Shown piece by piece: positions 21,657-31,467 of a stretch of DNA of 64,000 bases (the stretch's first letter is position 1; every line of letters begins with the position of its first letter). The stretch is from positions 1 through 64,000 of the IMG/VR virus record IMGVR_UViG_3300037804_000222; one strand, written 5' to 3'. Source of the DNA: a virus. Below the pieces are notes generated by a model, which was not told where the DNA came from, searched no databases, and saw only the letters and a list, made by a program, of their open reading frames with translations. A program made the translations under genes and the position numbers.

Positions 21657-24600
21657 ATGTCGTGCGAATTAAAAAATAGTTTAATTAAAGAATTCACTGA
21701 AAAGTTTGATGCTTCTGAAGGGCAAAGAATTGGGGAAAGTCTTTATAATCATATATTCACTCCTTCTTTTAAAAGATGGTTTGGAGATTTTGAAGCAGGT
21801 AAAGCTACTAAAGGTAGAGCTGATATGAAAAACGGTTTGCCTACTAAAGAAGTTATATTAGAGTATTTAGATAAACAAGGATTAAAAGCTGAAAAAGATA
21901 TACCTTCTAGTTATATCAATTTAATATCTAAATATACACCAGTCAATCCTACAAGTGTAAGAGAAGATTTAATACAACAAACTGAAGCCTTATTAAAAAA
22001 GGTGGCTAAAGAGGTGGGAGATTATGCCCAGACTAAAACTCAAAAAGGCTCTCCAATGCAGCGTCAAAGAAAGCAGAAAGCAGCTTTTAGAACTAAAATA
22101 GAATCTCTGCTTACTAAACTAAGAACTTATAAAACTGAAGCAGGCCTTATTGAATATGTGTCTCAAGTTAAGCAGGACATTGCAGGTATTAAAAAAGCAT
22201 TAAAACTAGCTTCTGGTAAAGATGTTAACACTCATTATGAGTATTTAAAAAGACTTAGGTATTTTGCAGCTATTGAAGATGTAGTCTATGTTATTGATAA
22301 AAATCCTAAACTTAAAAAGGAATTTGCTAAAAATAAAATTGACTATTCGCATATAGCTGCTGATATACAAAATCTTAAAAAAGAGTTATCTGAAAAGTTT
22401 ATAGATGTATTAGGAGAAAAATGGGGAGAAATCCCAGGAAAAATGACTAGGCTTGCTAGAGAAAAATATAGAAGAGGATACTCCTATAATGAAGCTTGGA
22501 GAAAAAGCAATCCTGGTAAATCAAAAGCAGATTTTAAAAAGATGCAGGAAGCTCATATAGATAAAATGATAGAGCAAAATGAAGTTGATTTACAGCAAGC
22601 TGAAAAAGATCATATTAAAAAAGCTATGCTATCTGTATCTGATGATATTAGTTGGATGGATGCCTACTTTGGTAACCCTAGAGATATTACAGATGATCTT
22701 ATACAAATAGCAGTGGAGCTATTAGATAAGGCAGATTATCTTGTAATGCGTGAGACTATAAATAAAACAAAAGAGGCTCATGATTTATTTGAAAGATTTA
22801 AAGTAGGAAGAAATACAAAGAATATGGTTAAACTGTATGAGGATCTTCTTGCTTTTGATGAAAAAGGTAAACCCACAAATTATTTAGTTGGCCCTATTAA
22901 AGGAGAGTACTTTAAAAAACTATCAGATCTGTATCAAGAAAAACGCCTTGCAATTGAAGAGCACGGAGAAACCAGCGAGCAAGCTATAAACGCTAAAAGA
23001 AAAGAAAAAGTATGGATCAATGCTAATTCTATAAATGGGAAGCGTGGAAAACCTAGAGCATCTTGGCAGGACCCTAAATATAAGTACTTTGAAGATAAGA
23101 GTAATAAAGGGCAAGCCACTTATGATATGTATTGGTTTTTACGAGAGCTGGCAGAGAAGAGAGATAAAAATTATCTAGGCCATGGAGCGGGATTAAGATT
23201 ACCCGCTATAGAGAAAAGTATATTAGAACGTACATTTGAAAATAATATAGTAGATACTGCATCTAGAACTTTTGGAGATACTTTTAGAGTGAGAGCCACT
23301 GATGTAGAATTACATAATGAAAATCCTGACGAAGTAGAAGCTGAAGGATGGCGAGCTATGAAAGAAAAGATTAAACGTACTATTTATGTTAATCTTGATG
23401 AACAGCAAAAAATAAGTAGAAGTATTCCTACATATTTTAGAGATCGAAGTAAAGTAAAACCAGGGGACCAGTCTTATGATTTGGTTAGTATGTATTTACT
23501 TGATTACTGGGGATCTATAAATTATAAAGAAAAATACAGTATACTTCCTGAATTAGAAATATTCAAGGAATCTATAGCGACAAGAAAAACAGTTCAAAAG
23601 ACTTTTACTAAACAAACTCAAGTTGCTAAAAAATTAGGGATGGAAGAAAATGTTCCTGCTGTAATTAAAGGGGAGGAGTCTAACGCTTATAAAGCAATAC
23701 AAACTATACTTGAAGATAGAGTTTATGGTATTAAATCTATAGGTAATGCTACAACTAATAAGATAGCCCAATCTTTGATGTCCTTTACAGGGGATTTATT
23801 TTTAATAGGAAATTACTTTTCTGCGGGGGCTTCTTTGTTTCAAGGTAAAACTATGAACTTCATAAAAGCAGTTGGGGGAATAGATTTTAATTTAAAAGAT
23901 GTTACAAGAGGGGAGCTTAAATATGATGCAGATGTAATTAATATGATAGGAGATATAGGGGCACTTGTTCCAACTTCTAGAACAAATTTACTTGGAGAAA
24001 TATTTGAGTCTACACAAGATTGGAGTGCAGTAGCTAAAAAGTTTGCAGGAACCACAAAAGCTAGTCAATTAGCTAATAAAAATACTTTACACTTTTTAAC
24101 AGGATTAGCTGAAAACTATATCCAGAATACTTTAATGTACTCATTTTTAAATGGGATTAAAGTAAAAAATGAAAAAGGAGAGTATATAAATACTGCAGGA
24201 GAAGTAGTTAAAGATAAAAAAGACGCGATGTCTTTAGATGAAGCGTATGAAAAAGATAAATCAGGTAAAAGACTAGTGATGAGAAAAGATGCAGACAGTA
24301 TAGAATTAAATACTGGGCAAACTTATTCTTTAAAAGCAAAAGATTTAGAAAGTACGGAGTTTACGGTGAAGAGATATTTGAATCACCTTAATAGAAGACT
24401 TAACGGTAACTATGCTTTGAATAACCAAGCAATGGCTCAAAGAGCTGCTATGGGTAAATTAGCATTTATGTTAAGAAAGTGGCTAGAGCCTGGAATAAGA
24501 AGAAGGTATAGAGGTATAGGTACTGCAATGCCTGGTATAAATATGATTCCAAAAGAGCATTTAACAGAGGAAGATATATATTATAATAGAGAAATTCAAG

Positions 24601-25154
24601 ATCTTGATGAGGGTACATATACCACTGTATTAAGATTTTTAGGAGGACTAAAGCAAGATACTAGAAAATTTAGTATGGAACTTACCACTGAAAGATGGCA
24701 TGATCTCTCCTTAAGAGAGCAAGCTAATATTAAAGAAATGGTAACAGAATTCACTGCTTTAATTCTTTCTTCTATGGGAGCTGCTCTTTTATACGGTGCC
24801 GCTCAAGACGAACCAGATGAAAAACAAAAATGGGCTTTATATATGGGGGCCTTTTATACAAGAAGATTATACTCTGAATTATTTTTCTATACAAACCCTA
24901 GAGAGGCCTTAAGAATTTTAAAAAGTCCTGCAGCTTCTTTAAGTTTAATTCAAAATGGTATGGAAATATTTGATCAATTTACAACTGATGCATGGTCTGT
25001 AGCTACTGGAGGACAAATGGAAAGATACCAATCAGGTAAAAGAAAAGGAGAACTTAAGTTTAAAAAAGAAATTAACGATATAATTCCAATTTCGTATCAG
25101 CTCAAAAGAGATGTAGAAGATACAATAGGATGGTTATATAAACCTGTAGATTAA
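21657..25154 (+). CDS. Large virion (ejected) protein; probable start ATG 21657 (MSCELK)
   Basis: ATG lies 1 nt after the RNAP stop, the same spacing as the 15417/15419 junction. FKRWFGD motif near the N-terminus; C-terminal helical region with a hydrophobic segment. Confidence 0.65.
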   Translation: MSCELKNSLIKEFTEKFDASEGQRIGESLYNHIFTPSFKRWFGDFEAGKATKGRADMKNGLPTKEVILEYLDKQGLKAEKDIPSSYINLISKYTPVNPTSVREDLIQQTEALLKKVAKEVGDYAQTKTQKGSPMQRQRKQKAAFRTKIESLLTKLRTYKTEAGLIEYVSQVKQDIAGIKKALKLASGKDVNTHYEYLKRLRYFAAIEDVVYVIDKNPKLKKEFAKNKIDYSHIAADIQNLKKELSEKFIDVLGEKWGEIPGKMTRLAREKYRRGYSYNEAWRKSNPGKSKADFKKMQEAHIDKMIEQNEVDLQQAEKDHIKKAMLSVSDDISWMDAYFGNPRDITDDLIQIAVELLDKADYLVMRETINKTKEAHDLFERFKVGRNTKNMVKLYEDLLAFDEKGKPTNYLVGPIKGEYFKKLSDLYQEKRLAIEEHGETSEQAINAKRKEKVWINANSINGKRGKPRASWQDPKYKYFEDKSNKGQATYDMYWFLRELAEKRDKNYLGHGAGLRLPAIEKSILERTFENNIVDTASRTFGDTFRVRATDVELHNENPDEVEAEGWRAMKEKIKRTIYVNLDEQQKISRSIPTYFRDRSKVKPGDQSYDLVSMYLLDYWGSINYKEKYSILPELEIFKESIATRKTVQKTFTKQTQVAKKLGMEENVPAVIKGEESNAYKAIQTILEDRVYGIKSIGNATTNKIAQSLMSFTGDLFLIGNYFSAGASLFQGKTMNFIKAVGGIDFNLKDVTRGELKYDADVINMIGDIGALVPTSRTNLLGEIFESTQDWSAVAKKFAGTTKASQLANKNTLHFLTGLAENYIQNTLMYSFLNGIKVKNEKGEYINTAGEVVKDKKDAMSLDEAYEKDKSGKRLVMRKDADSIELNTGQTYSLKAKDLESTEFTVKRYLNHLNRRLNGNYALNNQAMAQRAAMGKLAFMLRKWLEPGIRRRYRGIGTAMPGINMIPKEHLTEEDIYYNREIQDLDEGTYTTVLRFLGGLKQDTRKFSMELTTERWHDLSLREQANIKEMVTEFTALILSSMGAALLYGAAQDEPDEKQKWALYMGAFYTRRLYSELFFYTNPREALRILKSPAASLSLIQNGMEIFDQFTTDAWSVATGGQMERYQSGKRKGELKFKKEINDIIPISYQLKRDVEDTIGWLYKPVD

Positions 25155-25318
25155 TGAAATTCGGATTTGGTATAAACTGGTCAAAAGGATTATTGTTTGG
25201 AATTAGACACTTCCAACCAGAAGAATATGCACCGTACTATGAAGTACAATTTTTTTTAGGATTAATACAAATTTTTATAATTATAGACAATGGCAACACT
25301 GACGATAACATTAACTGA
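25154..25318 (+). CDS. Small hypothetical protein (54 aa, MKFGFGINWSKG...)
   Basis: TAATG-coupled to the upstream gene; fills the gap before 25290; below the ORF-track cutoff. Confidence 0.55.
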   Translation: MKFGFGINWSKGLLFGIRHFQPEEYAPYYEVQFFLGLIQIFIIIDNGNTDDNIN

Positions 25319-25745
25319 GGCCGTTTCAATGGGAGACGGTAGTACTGATAGAGGTACAACAAATACACATACTGAAACTGTAAATGAAGTGTCTCATAGA
25401 ATTATGGATGTAGGAACATCTTATGTAGATGTGGTTAGATTTGGTGCGGCGGCATCAGCAGGAACATTTAAAGACGCTTCTGTGCAATATTTACGTATTA
25501 CAAATTTAGATCCTTCTGCAGATATTACATTAAGAATATCACAAGCAGATGCAGAATATTTTGTAAAATTAGAATCAGAAGATCATTATATTTTAGGAAA
25601 TAGTCTAATGGATGCTATAGAAGATGGAGATGGGTCTAGTACAATAGGTACTACCGACAATGCTCCAAGCGCTATAGATAAAATAGGGGCTAAATCTAGT
25701 AGCGGTACAATACAAATAGAAGTATTTGTAGCTTGTCAAGATTAA
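25290..25745 (+). CDS. Small beta-rich putative structural protein, paralogue of 53294 and 53722
   Basis: MATLTITLT start, YLRITNLD and IQIEVFV motifs align with the two genes upstream of the portal. Confidence 0.5.
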   Translation: MATLTITLTEAVSMGDGSTDRGTTNTHTETVNEVSHRIMDVGTSYVDVVRFGAAASAGTFKDASVQYLRITNLDPSADITLRISQADAEYFVKLESEDHYILGNSLMDAIEDGDGSSTIGTTDNAPSAIDKIGAKSSSGTIQIEVFVACQD

Positions 25746-25780
25746 TAGAAGAAGGGGACTATTTGTCCCCCTCTACTATT
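25744..25780. terminator. Hairpin terminator at the convergence of the + and - blocks
   Basis: GGGGAC-TATTT-GTCCCC stem, extendable by AATAG/CTATT, between converging genes. Confidence 0.7.
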
Positions 25781-25837
25781 TCCTCACAAGCTCAACAAAC
25801 ACAAGTTAACCAACACACATACTTGTGAGGTTTACTA

Positions 25838-26845
25838 TTATGCTAGTATATCTTCAGCAATAGCTTTCCGCTCTGCTAATTCATTTTCAATTTCCTGAAT
25901 AATATCCTTTTTAGATTCTTCATACTCAACAATGTCTTGAGCCATAGCTAAATGGTCATGTGCAGCGTAATCAGATTCTAAATAAATATTATCATTCTCA
26001 CCATTTGTAATGGCAATAGGATAGTACTCACAAGTCCGCATCTTTGTATTGTTATAGTCAGATGGAACTGCTACAACATTACGAGGACTAACTAATACTT
26101 CAAGTATAACTCCTTCACTATACCCAAAATCATGAACATAATCCATAGAGCCTACATGTAAACCTGCAGAACAAGTTACATCAGGATCAGAATCACATTC
26201 TTCTCTTGGCATTGTAATAGGAGTGCCTACTTTAACTGTCATACCATGAGCCCCAGAGTGATAAGGTTTGAAGGACATAGCTTGTGTAAGCTTTTCTTCA
26301 ATTCTATCTCCCGTATCTTCATCGTATCTAATACTCACAACTTCTTCACCCGTCTCGGCATCATACTTACGGGCAACTTTCACTGCTTTATAAGCTAAGA
26401 AATAACCTTTGTCAGTGATTGGGTGCCCATTATGCTCTAGAAAGCCAAATAACTGCTGTCTAACGCCTTTATCAGGATTAAGTAGTGTGTTCTTCCAGAA
26501 GTTAACCAAAGCCTCTACATTGAGCCCTTTGTCAATGTACTCAAGCAATTTCTTTGCGAGAAACTCTGGTATAGGATCGCTTGTACCTTTAAGGTACATT
26601 GCAGAACCCCCATCAAATTCAAATCTTCCATCAGAATTAAATTCGATTTTCTTTGCAGGATTGCAAAGTTCTTCTATCTTTGTGATGATATCTTGTCTCT
26701 CTTCAAGAATATTACAAGAATTGTATTGCTTTACGAGGGCAATAACAAGTTCAGCATCAGGAGAATCCTTTCGGATTCTCTTGTGCTTTCCATCAATAAT
26801 TACTGTAACATCCGAGGGTGTTACTTTCGCTACTAAGTAGTTCAT
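25838..26845 (-). CDS. rIIB: rIIB-like protein
   Basis: NFW..NP..QLFGFL..PITDKGYFLAYKAV, CSAGLHVGS and V.P.NVVAVP.DYNNTKMRTCEY motifs; adjacent to rIIA. Confidence 0.85.
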   Translation of the reverse strand: MNYLVAKVTPSDVTVIIDGKHKRIRKDSPDAELVIALVKQYNSCNILEERQDIITKIEELCNPAKKIEFNSDGRFEFDGGSAMYLKGTSDPIPEFLAKKLLEYIDKGLNVEALVNFWKNTLLNPDKGVRQQLFGFLEHNGHPITDKGYFLAYKAVKVARKYDAETGEEVVSIRYDEDTGDRIEEKLTQAMSFKPYHSGAHGMTVKVGTPITMPREECDSDPDVTCSAGLHVGSMDYVHDFGYSEGVILEVLVSPRNVVAVPSDYNNTKMRTCEYYPIAITNGENDNIYLESDYAAHDHLAMAQDIVEYEESKKDIIQEIENELAERKAIAEDILA

Positions 26846-26856
26846 TGAAATTAATT

Positions 26857-29235
26857 TTAAGCGGTTAGTGTTAATTTAACTGGTTGATTATTAGGCATTT
26901 TATCTTTTAAAGATAAGAAATCTTTGATAGAATTCCTAGATTCTGAATGGAAAGTTACATGGTTTAGAAGTTCTAATCCTTGCGCATATTCCACCACTTC
27001 CTCTAGCTTATCTATCATATTCATACTATACCTAACATTGTCTGGTATATCAAGTTTCATAATCTCATCTACTATCGGTTTGATGTCCTCTTCACAACGC
27101 CAACACCCGTGGGTATTGTCTCTGTGATACTCATAAAGAGATCTGTATAAACCAAATAATGGCTTATCATACTCATTATAGTAATTTAGGAAGTTAAAGT
27201 GCTTGATATACTTTGCAATCTTTTGTGTAGTGGCAAATCTTTGTAGGTGTTTTGGACTTTTCATAAATTCGTGTGCTGTTAGGAATCCGTCTAACTTTGC
27301 AAATTGCTTTGCAACGTCTTTGGATACTTTTACTACTCTATATTCTGATTCAAACCTATAACTGTAATTATAGTTACTAGTATAATAATCTTTACTACTA
27401 CCAAGGACTGTGACAACTTTTACAAGTTCGTCAATATCCTTAGTCTCAGCATAAACTACAGCTTTTAAAGTAGGCTCACCCTCTGCAGGATGTAGCATGT
27501 CTTGAAGATCTGAAACTTTATACTCTTGATTAGTGTACTTAATCTCAGTTTTCCAACCATCAGACTTGAATTCAGCATTACGAGCAAACACCATCTTATC
27601 TAGTTTACGACGTGTCTTATTGTCTACTATGTCACCGAACATTTCACTCTCGAGTTCTGCTTCTTCAACATCTGCATATTTTAATACAGAAGAAGATTTA
27701 CCAAGAGTTCTAGATACAGTATTAAAGGTGGCAACTCTTTCTACAGATTTTCTACTATCAATTAAATTAGTTTTATCGCTTATACGACCACCTAACTTAA
27801 GTTTATCTGCTTTAAAAGAAATAAAATTACCCACATCATTTATAAGAGTATAACTTTTAGGTTTACTAAAGTTACCTTCTACATAATAAAATTGAGTGTG
27901 GTTCTTTATAGCAGCAAAGAATTCTGTCCAGTTGCTTAACTCTTTATTGTAAATAGTCTCACCTCCAATAGCACCTTTGTTAGAAACAATTTTACTTTCA
28001 TAAAAATGTATCCCATCAAATATGTGATGAAAGTCTCTACTAGTCAAATGAAGTCCAGGACTAATTCCTGGGTTATGGTGAAATGGAATGTCAAATGCAG
28101 TTATACTACAAACAGAAGATTTGATTGCTTTAGGATCGTCACTTTGTAAAGAACTCCATGAACGGCCTCCAGTACCATAAAGTTGTGATACTGCTATTAA
28201 ATACTCAACATAATCAGTGATTTGTTGGTATTCTGCAGCAATACTAGCTTTGAAGGCAGCTTTAATAGACTTTATCTTATTAAGAATAAGCTCAATAGTT
28301 TTTGGTGTATATCGCAGCTCTTCACGAGAGGGCACAAGATCTAGTATACCAATATCAAATTTAACTCCGATACTAGCTCTAAAACTAGATATATCTATAC
28401 CAATTAAATCCCAATTAATAGGATAAACTACTCTACCCACAAGTAAAAATGGATCTCTACCATCATTAGTCATAAGGTAATCTTGTGTTTCTTCTATGGC
28501 CTTTTTACTTTCAAGCCCAGAAGTATAGTAATTATTAACCTTACCTAAAGCTTCTTCTACATTCTTAAATACTATGTTTTGAAAGAAAGGAAGCTGCTCT
28601 TCAATAGACTCTCTAAACTTACGTCTATCATAAGAGCCCTCGATAGGAACAATTACCGTGGTACCATTTTGCTGATCTGTAGAAGTTTGGTAAACCTGGT
28701 CCATATGTGGTACATTATCATTGTTACGATAAAGCATGTAATATGTTTCAGTACCATTATGTCTACTAGATACATAAAATGTTTCTGTGTAGGCTAAAGG
28801 AGATTTAGCTCCTAGCCCAAAGCCACCAATTTCATAATTGTTATCTCTCTTAGTAGAGGCCCCAAATGTAGTAAATACATTTCGAACTCTTTCTTCAGAA
28901 AGACCACAACCATAGTCATGGAACATCATACACTCATCTATTCCTAGAATTGTGTTCTTGTCAATGTATTCAATACAAACCGTTTGCTTTTTAGACCAAA
29001 AACTAGTGTCATCTGTACCCTCCATAGGAATTTTGCCGTCTAGTTTAAGATCTCGCTCGCGGTTTGCATCGATACAATTCGAAGTTATCTCACGGACAAT
29101 CGAACCAATAGGATCCGAGTATAAATTAATCAGGCTATCCATAATGATAGCCTGAGAGTCGTCTGTGATTTTAAATTTGTGTTGTTGTTGTACGCCAATT
29201 ACTTCATTGACGTTTGTGTGTTGGATGATTTTCAT
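26857..29235 (-). CDS. rIIA: rIIA-like protein (N-terminal GHKL/HATPase domain)
   Basis: LYSDPIGSIVREITSNCIDA, DYGCGLS, STKRDNN..IGGFGLGAKSPLAY and NGTTV. Confidence 0.88.
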   Translation of the reverse strand: MKIIQHTNVNEVIGVQQQHKFKITDDSQAIIMDSLINLYSDPIGSIVREITSNCIDANRERDLKLDGKIPMEGTDDTSFWSKKQTVCIEYIDKNTILGIDECMMFHDYGCGLSEERVRNVFTTFGASTKRDNNYEIGGFGLGAKSPLAYTETFYVSSRHNGTETYYMLYRNNDNVPHMDQVYQTSTDQQNGTTVIVPIEGSYDRRKFRESIEEQLPFFQNIVFKNVEEALGKVNNYYTSGLESKKAIEETQDYLMTNDGRDPFLLVGRVVYPINWDLIGIDISSFRASIGVKFDIGILDLVPSREELRYTPKTIELILNKIKSIKAAFKASIAAEYQQITDYVEYLIAVSQLYGTGGRSWSSLQSDDPKAIKSSVCSITAFDIPFHHNPGISPGLHLTSRDFHHIFDGIHFYESKIVSNKGAIGGETIYNKELSNWTEFFAAIKNHTQFYYVEGNFSKPKSYTLINDVGNFISFKADKLKLGGRISDKTNLIDSRKSVERVATFNTVSRTLGKSSSVLKYADVEEAELESEMFGDIVDNKTRRKLDKMVFARNAEFKSDGWKTEIKYTNQEYKVSDLQDMLHPAEGEPTLKAVVYAETKDIDELVKVVTVLGSSKDYYTSNYNYSYRFESEYRVVKVSKDVAKQFAKLDGFLTAHEFMKSPKHLQRFATTQKIAKYIKHFNFLNYYNEYDKPLFGLYRSLYEYHRDNTHGCWRCEEDIKPIVDEIMKLDIPDNVRYSMNMIDKLEEVVEYAQGLELLNHVTFHSESRNSIKDFLSLKDKMPNNQPVKLTLTA

Positions 29236-29804
29236 TACTCAAATGGTTTTTTATCAGGTTTTAAAGGTTCTTCGTACTTAAATTTCTCAGTGTAAATTTC
29301 TAAACTCATATCAGGTACAGAAGAAACTTCTGCATCATCAGGTATAGGCATCTCAAGTGCTTCTTCCCATTCTTCTCTAAGATCAGGATGTTTGAATAAA
29401 ACTTGAGCAACCCTATGACTAGGATCTTTTATACCATGAAATTTAAATATATGTACTTTATAGTCTTGAGGAAATTCAGAATACTTACCATCAAGAAACT
29501 TATCATATATCTCTTTATGACTATCTGGGATCTTAAAGGCAAACATCACATGATGCTTATCAGGATCATAAGAAAGCTCAAAAAGCTCTTCTTTTTCAAG
29601 ATAATCTTCATATTCTAGAAAGACTTTAGCTCCAGAAAATTTATAAAGTAAAAATAAATGATTAGTTAATTCAGGCTTATCCGCACTTTTTATAAATGTG
29701 TTTAATAAGTTTTCTGTTTTGACATCAAAATATAATGCCAACATTGGTAATACGTATGTAAAAGATTTATTTCGCATCAATCTACCTTCATAATCTCTCT
29801 GCAT
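29235..29804 (-). CDS. Conserved hypothetical protein of the replication block
   Basis: 189 aa coupled to rIIA; F..GKYSEF motif. Confidence 0.5.
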   Translation of the reverse strand: MQRDYEGRLMRNKSFTYVLPMLALYFDVKTENLLNTFIKSADKPELTNHLFLLYKFSGAKVFLEYEDYLEKEELFELSYDPDKHHVMFAFKIPDSHKEIYDKFLDGKYSEFPQDYKVHIFKFHGIKDPSHRVAQVLFKHPDLREEWEEALEMPIPDDAEVSSVPDMSLEIYTEKFKYEEPLKPDKKPFE

Positions 29805-29820
29805 AGCGAAAATTTAAAAA

Positions 29821-30807
29821 TTAATACATTACGATTTCCTCGAATCCTTGCTTAACAGTCCAACTGTTAGTATCCTTATAATGTTTATACTCAGCTAATA
29901 AAGATTCAATTTCTTTATTACCCTCATCTAACCATTCTTTAGGAAGCTGGTAAACTGCTACATCATAAGATCCTTTAGTATCAACTGCTACTATAAAAGA
30001 CTCAACCTTGTAATCAGGGTATTCAGCTTTAATAGCGTTAATATAAAAGGCAAGTTGTCTATAATATGAATATTGTAAACATGAGTACATAAATCCTGTA
30101 ACATGCCAATCTCTCATAAGTATACCAGTTTTAGTTTTAAGTGGTTTACACTCTCCATAAACTTGATTACTTGTAGTCTTAAGATCAACAAAAGTTATAG
30201 TTTTAGTTTTCTCATCAATTGTAATTCTATCTAATTTAGATTTACAATCTACTTCATGCATATTAAAGTAAATCTCTTTTTCAGCAAAAGAACTGTCTTC
30301 ATTTTGAAATAATAGTTTATTTGCAACGACGTGTCCTTTTAAAGATGTTAAACATCCTTCTACAATTTGACGGTCTTTTACTGTAAGAGCAATTTTACCA
30401 TCTGCACTTTTTAAGAATTCATAAAAGGTAGCATTCTCTGGTTTATTCTTAAAACTTTTAAGAACTGTTTCAGGTTTAGAATGAGATGGTTTATAACCAG
30501 ACATTTGGTACGCCATATTAGATATTTGATCTTCTGGGGTACCAACTTTCTCTAATTCAAAATAAGCTTTGATATATTCACCCATTTTACCACCAACAGG
30601 TTCTACGTCGGCTACTATAAATGAGTCAGGCTCAAGTGTAAATTTATGAATAAGAGTACCAAGTTCCATTGCGGCGCTCTTGGTTCGCATTTCTTGCTGT
30701 TTACGCATAACAAATCTACGAGGAGATAATTTAAGCTCTCCTATATCACTGTTTGATATAGATTCCTTAGCGTAGTAATTCGATTCTTCTGACATCGGTT
30801 TTATCAA
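29821..30807 (-). CDS. PD-(D/E)XK exonuclease (RecE/ExoVIII-like)
   Basis: ISNS, GTLIH, E..CKSKLDR, DLKTT and YYRQLAFY motifs; true start may be the Met of MSEESN. Confidence 0.8.
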   Translation of the reverse strand: MIKPMSEESNYYAKESISNSDIGELKLSPRRFVMRKQQEMRTKSAAMELGTLIHKFTLEPDSFIVADVEPVGGKMGEYIKAYFELEKVGTPEDQISNMAYQMSGYKPSHSKPETVLKSFKNKPENATFYEFLKSADGKIALTVKDRQIVEGCLTSLKGHVVANKLLFQNEDSSFAEKEIYFNMHEVDCKSKLDRITIDEKTKTITFVDLKTTSNQVYGECKPLKTKTGILMRDWHVTGFMYSCLQYSYYRQLAFYINAIKAEYPDYKVESFIVAVDTKGSYDVAVYQLPKEWLDEGNKEIESLLAEYKHYKDTNSWTVKQGFEEIVMY

Positions 30808-31078
30808 GTGTTAAAGTTAGTAATTCCATGTACTCATTATACAACTCTTGTCGTACATTATGTGCATGTATTTTAGCGTTAGCAATTCTTCTTGAGCCAT
30901 CATCTGGAAGTTCTTCACTAATATATAGTTCAGAGTCTTCTAATGCTTGCTCGAGATAATATCTCACAATATTATCGTGCCCATTATCCAGTGCGGATGT
31001 AAGCAATCGGATGTCCATAAAAAATCTGAGATTATTAAAACATTTATCTCTGAATTCTTCTGGGTATTTAATTTTCAT
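30767..31078 (-). CDS. Hypothetical protein
   Basis: 103 aa ORF inside a co-directional operon. Confidence 0.55.
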   Translation of the reverse strand: MKIKYPEEFRDKCFNNLRFFMDIRLLTSALDNGHDNIVRYYLEQALEDSELYISEELPDDGSRRIANAKIHAHNVRQELYNEYMELLTLTLDKTDVRRIELLR

Positions 31079-31080
31079 AC

Positions 31081-31467
31081 TTAAGATTTTAAAACGTTAA
31101 TATATACTCCTGGATTATCTTTATCGTATTCAAACTCTAAGAAAATAGGAAGCATTTCATCTGCATTATCATCAGAGATCCACCCATACTTTACCATTTG
31201 ATCTTGTATTGTTTGTGCGGGATTTATGTAGTCAAACTTATGCCTACTTTTCCTTACAAACTTAAACGAGATTCTATATGGTTTTTTGTTTTGTGAATCC
31301 TTGCCTTTTAATAGCTTTTGAAACTCTTTCTTATTTTCTATCCAATACTGTTTACTGTTCTTGTAATAGCGTTGGGTTTGTTTAGATACTATAAAGTATC
31401 TCCCTGTCCATCTTCTACCGTTTTTACTTGACGGCACGTTTCCTGGTATGAATATTCCTCTTGGCAT
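31081..31467 (-). CDS. RusA-like Holliday junction resolvase
   Basis: IPGNVPSSKN, FDYIN..Q..QD and WISDDN pattern of acidic catalytic residues. Confidence 0.7.
   Translation of the reverse strand: MPRGIFIPGNVPSSKNGRRWTGRYFIVSKQTQRYYKNSKQYWIENKKEFQKLLKGKDSQNKKPYRISFKFVRKSRHKFDYINPAQTIQDQMVKYGWISDDNADEMLPIFLEFEYDKDNPGVYINVLKS

Noticed and set aside
691-24055. Short antisense or alternate-frame ORFs inside the large virion genes (e.g. 5691-6104, 13124-13354)
   Set aside because: Shadow ORFs fully nested in long genes, with no motifs.
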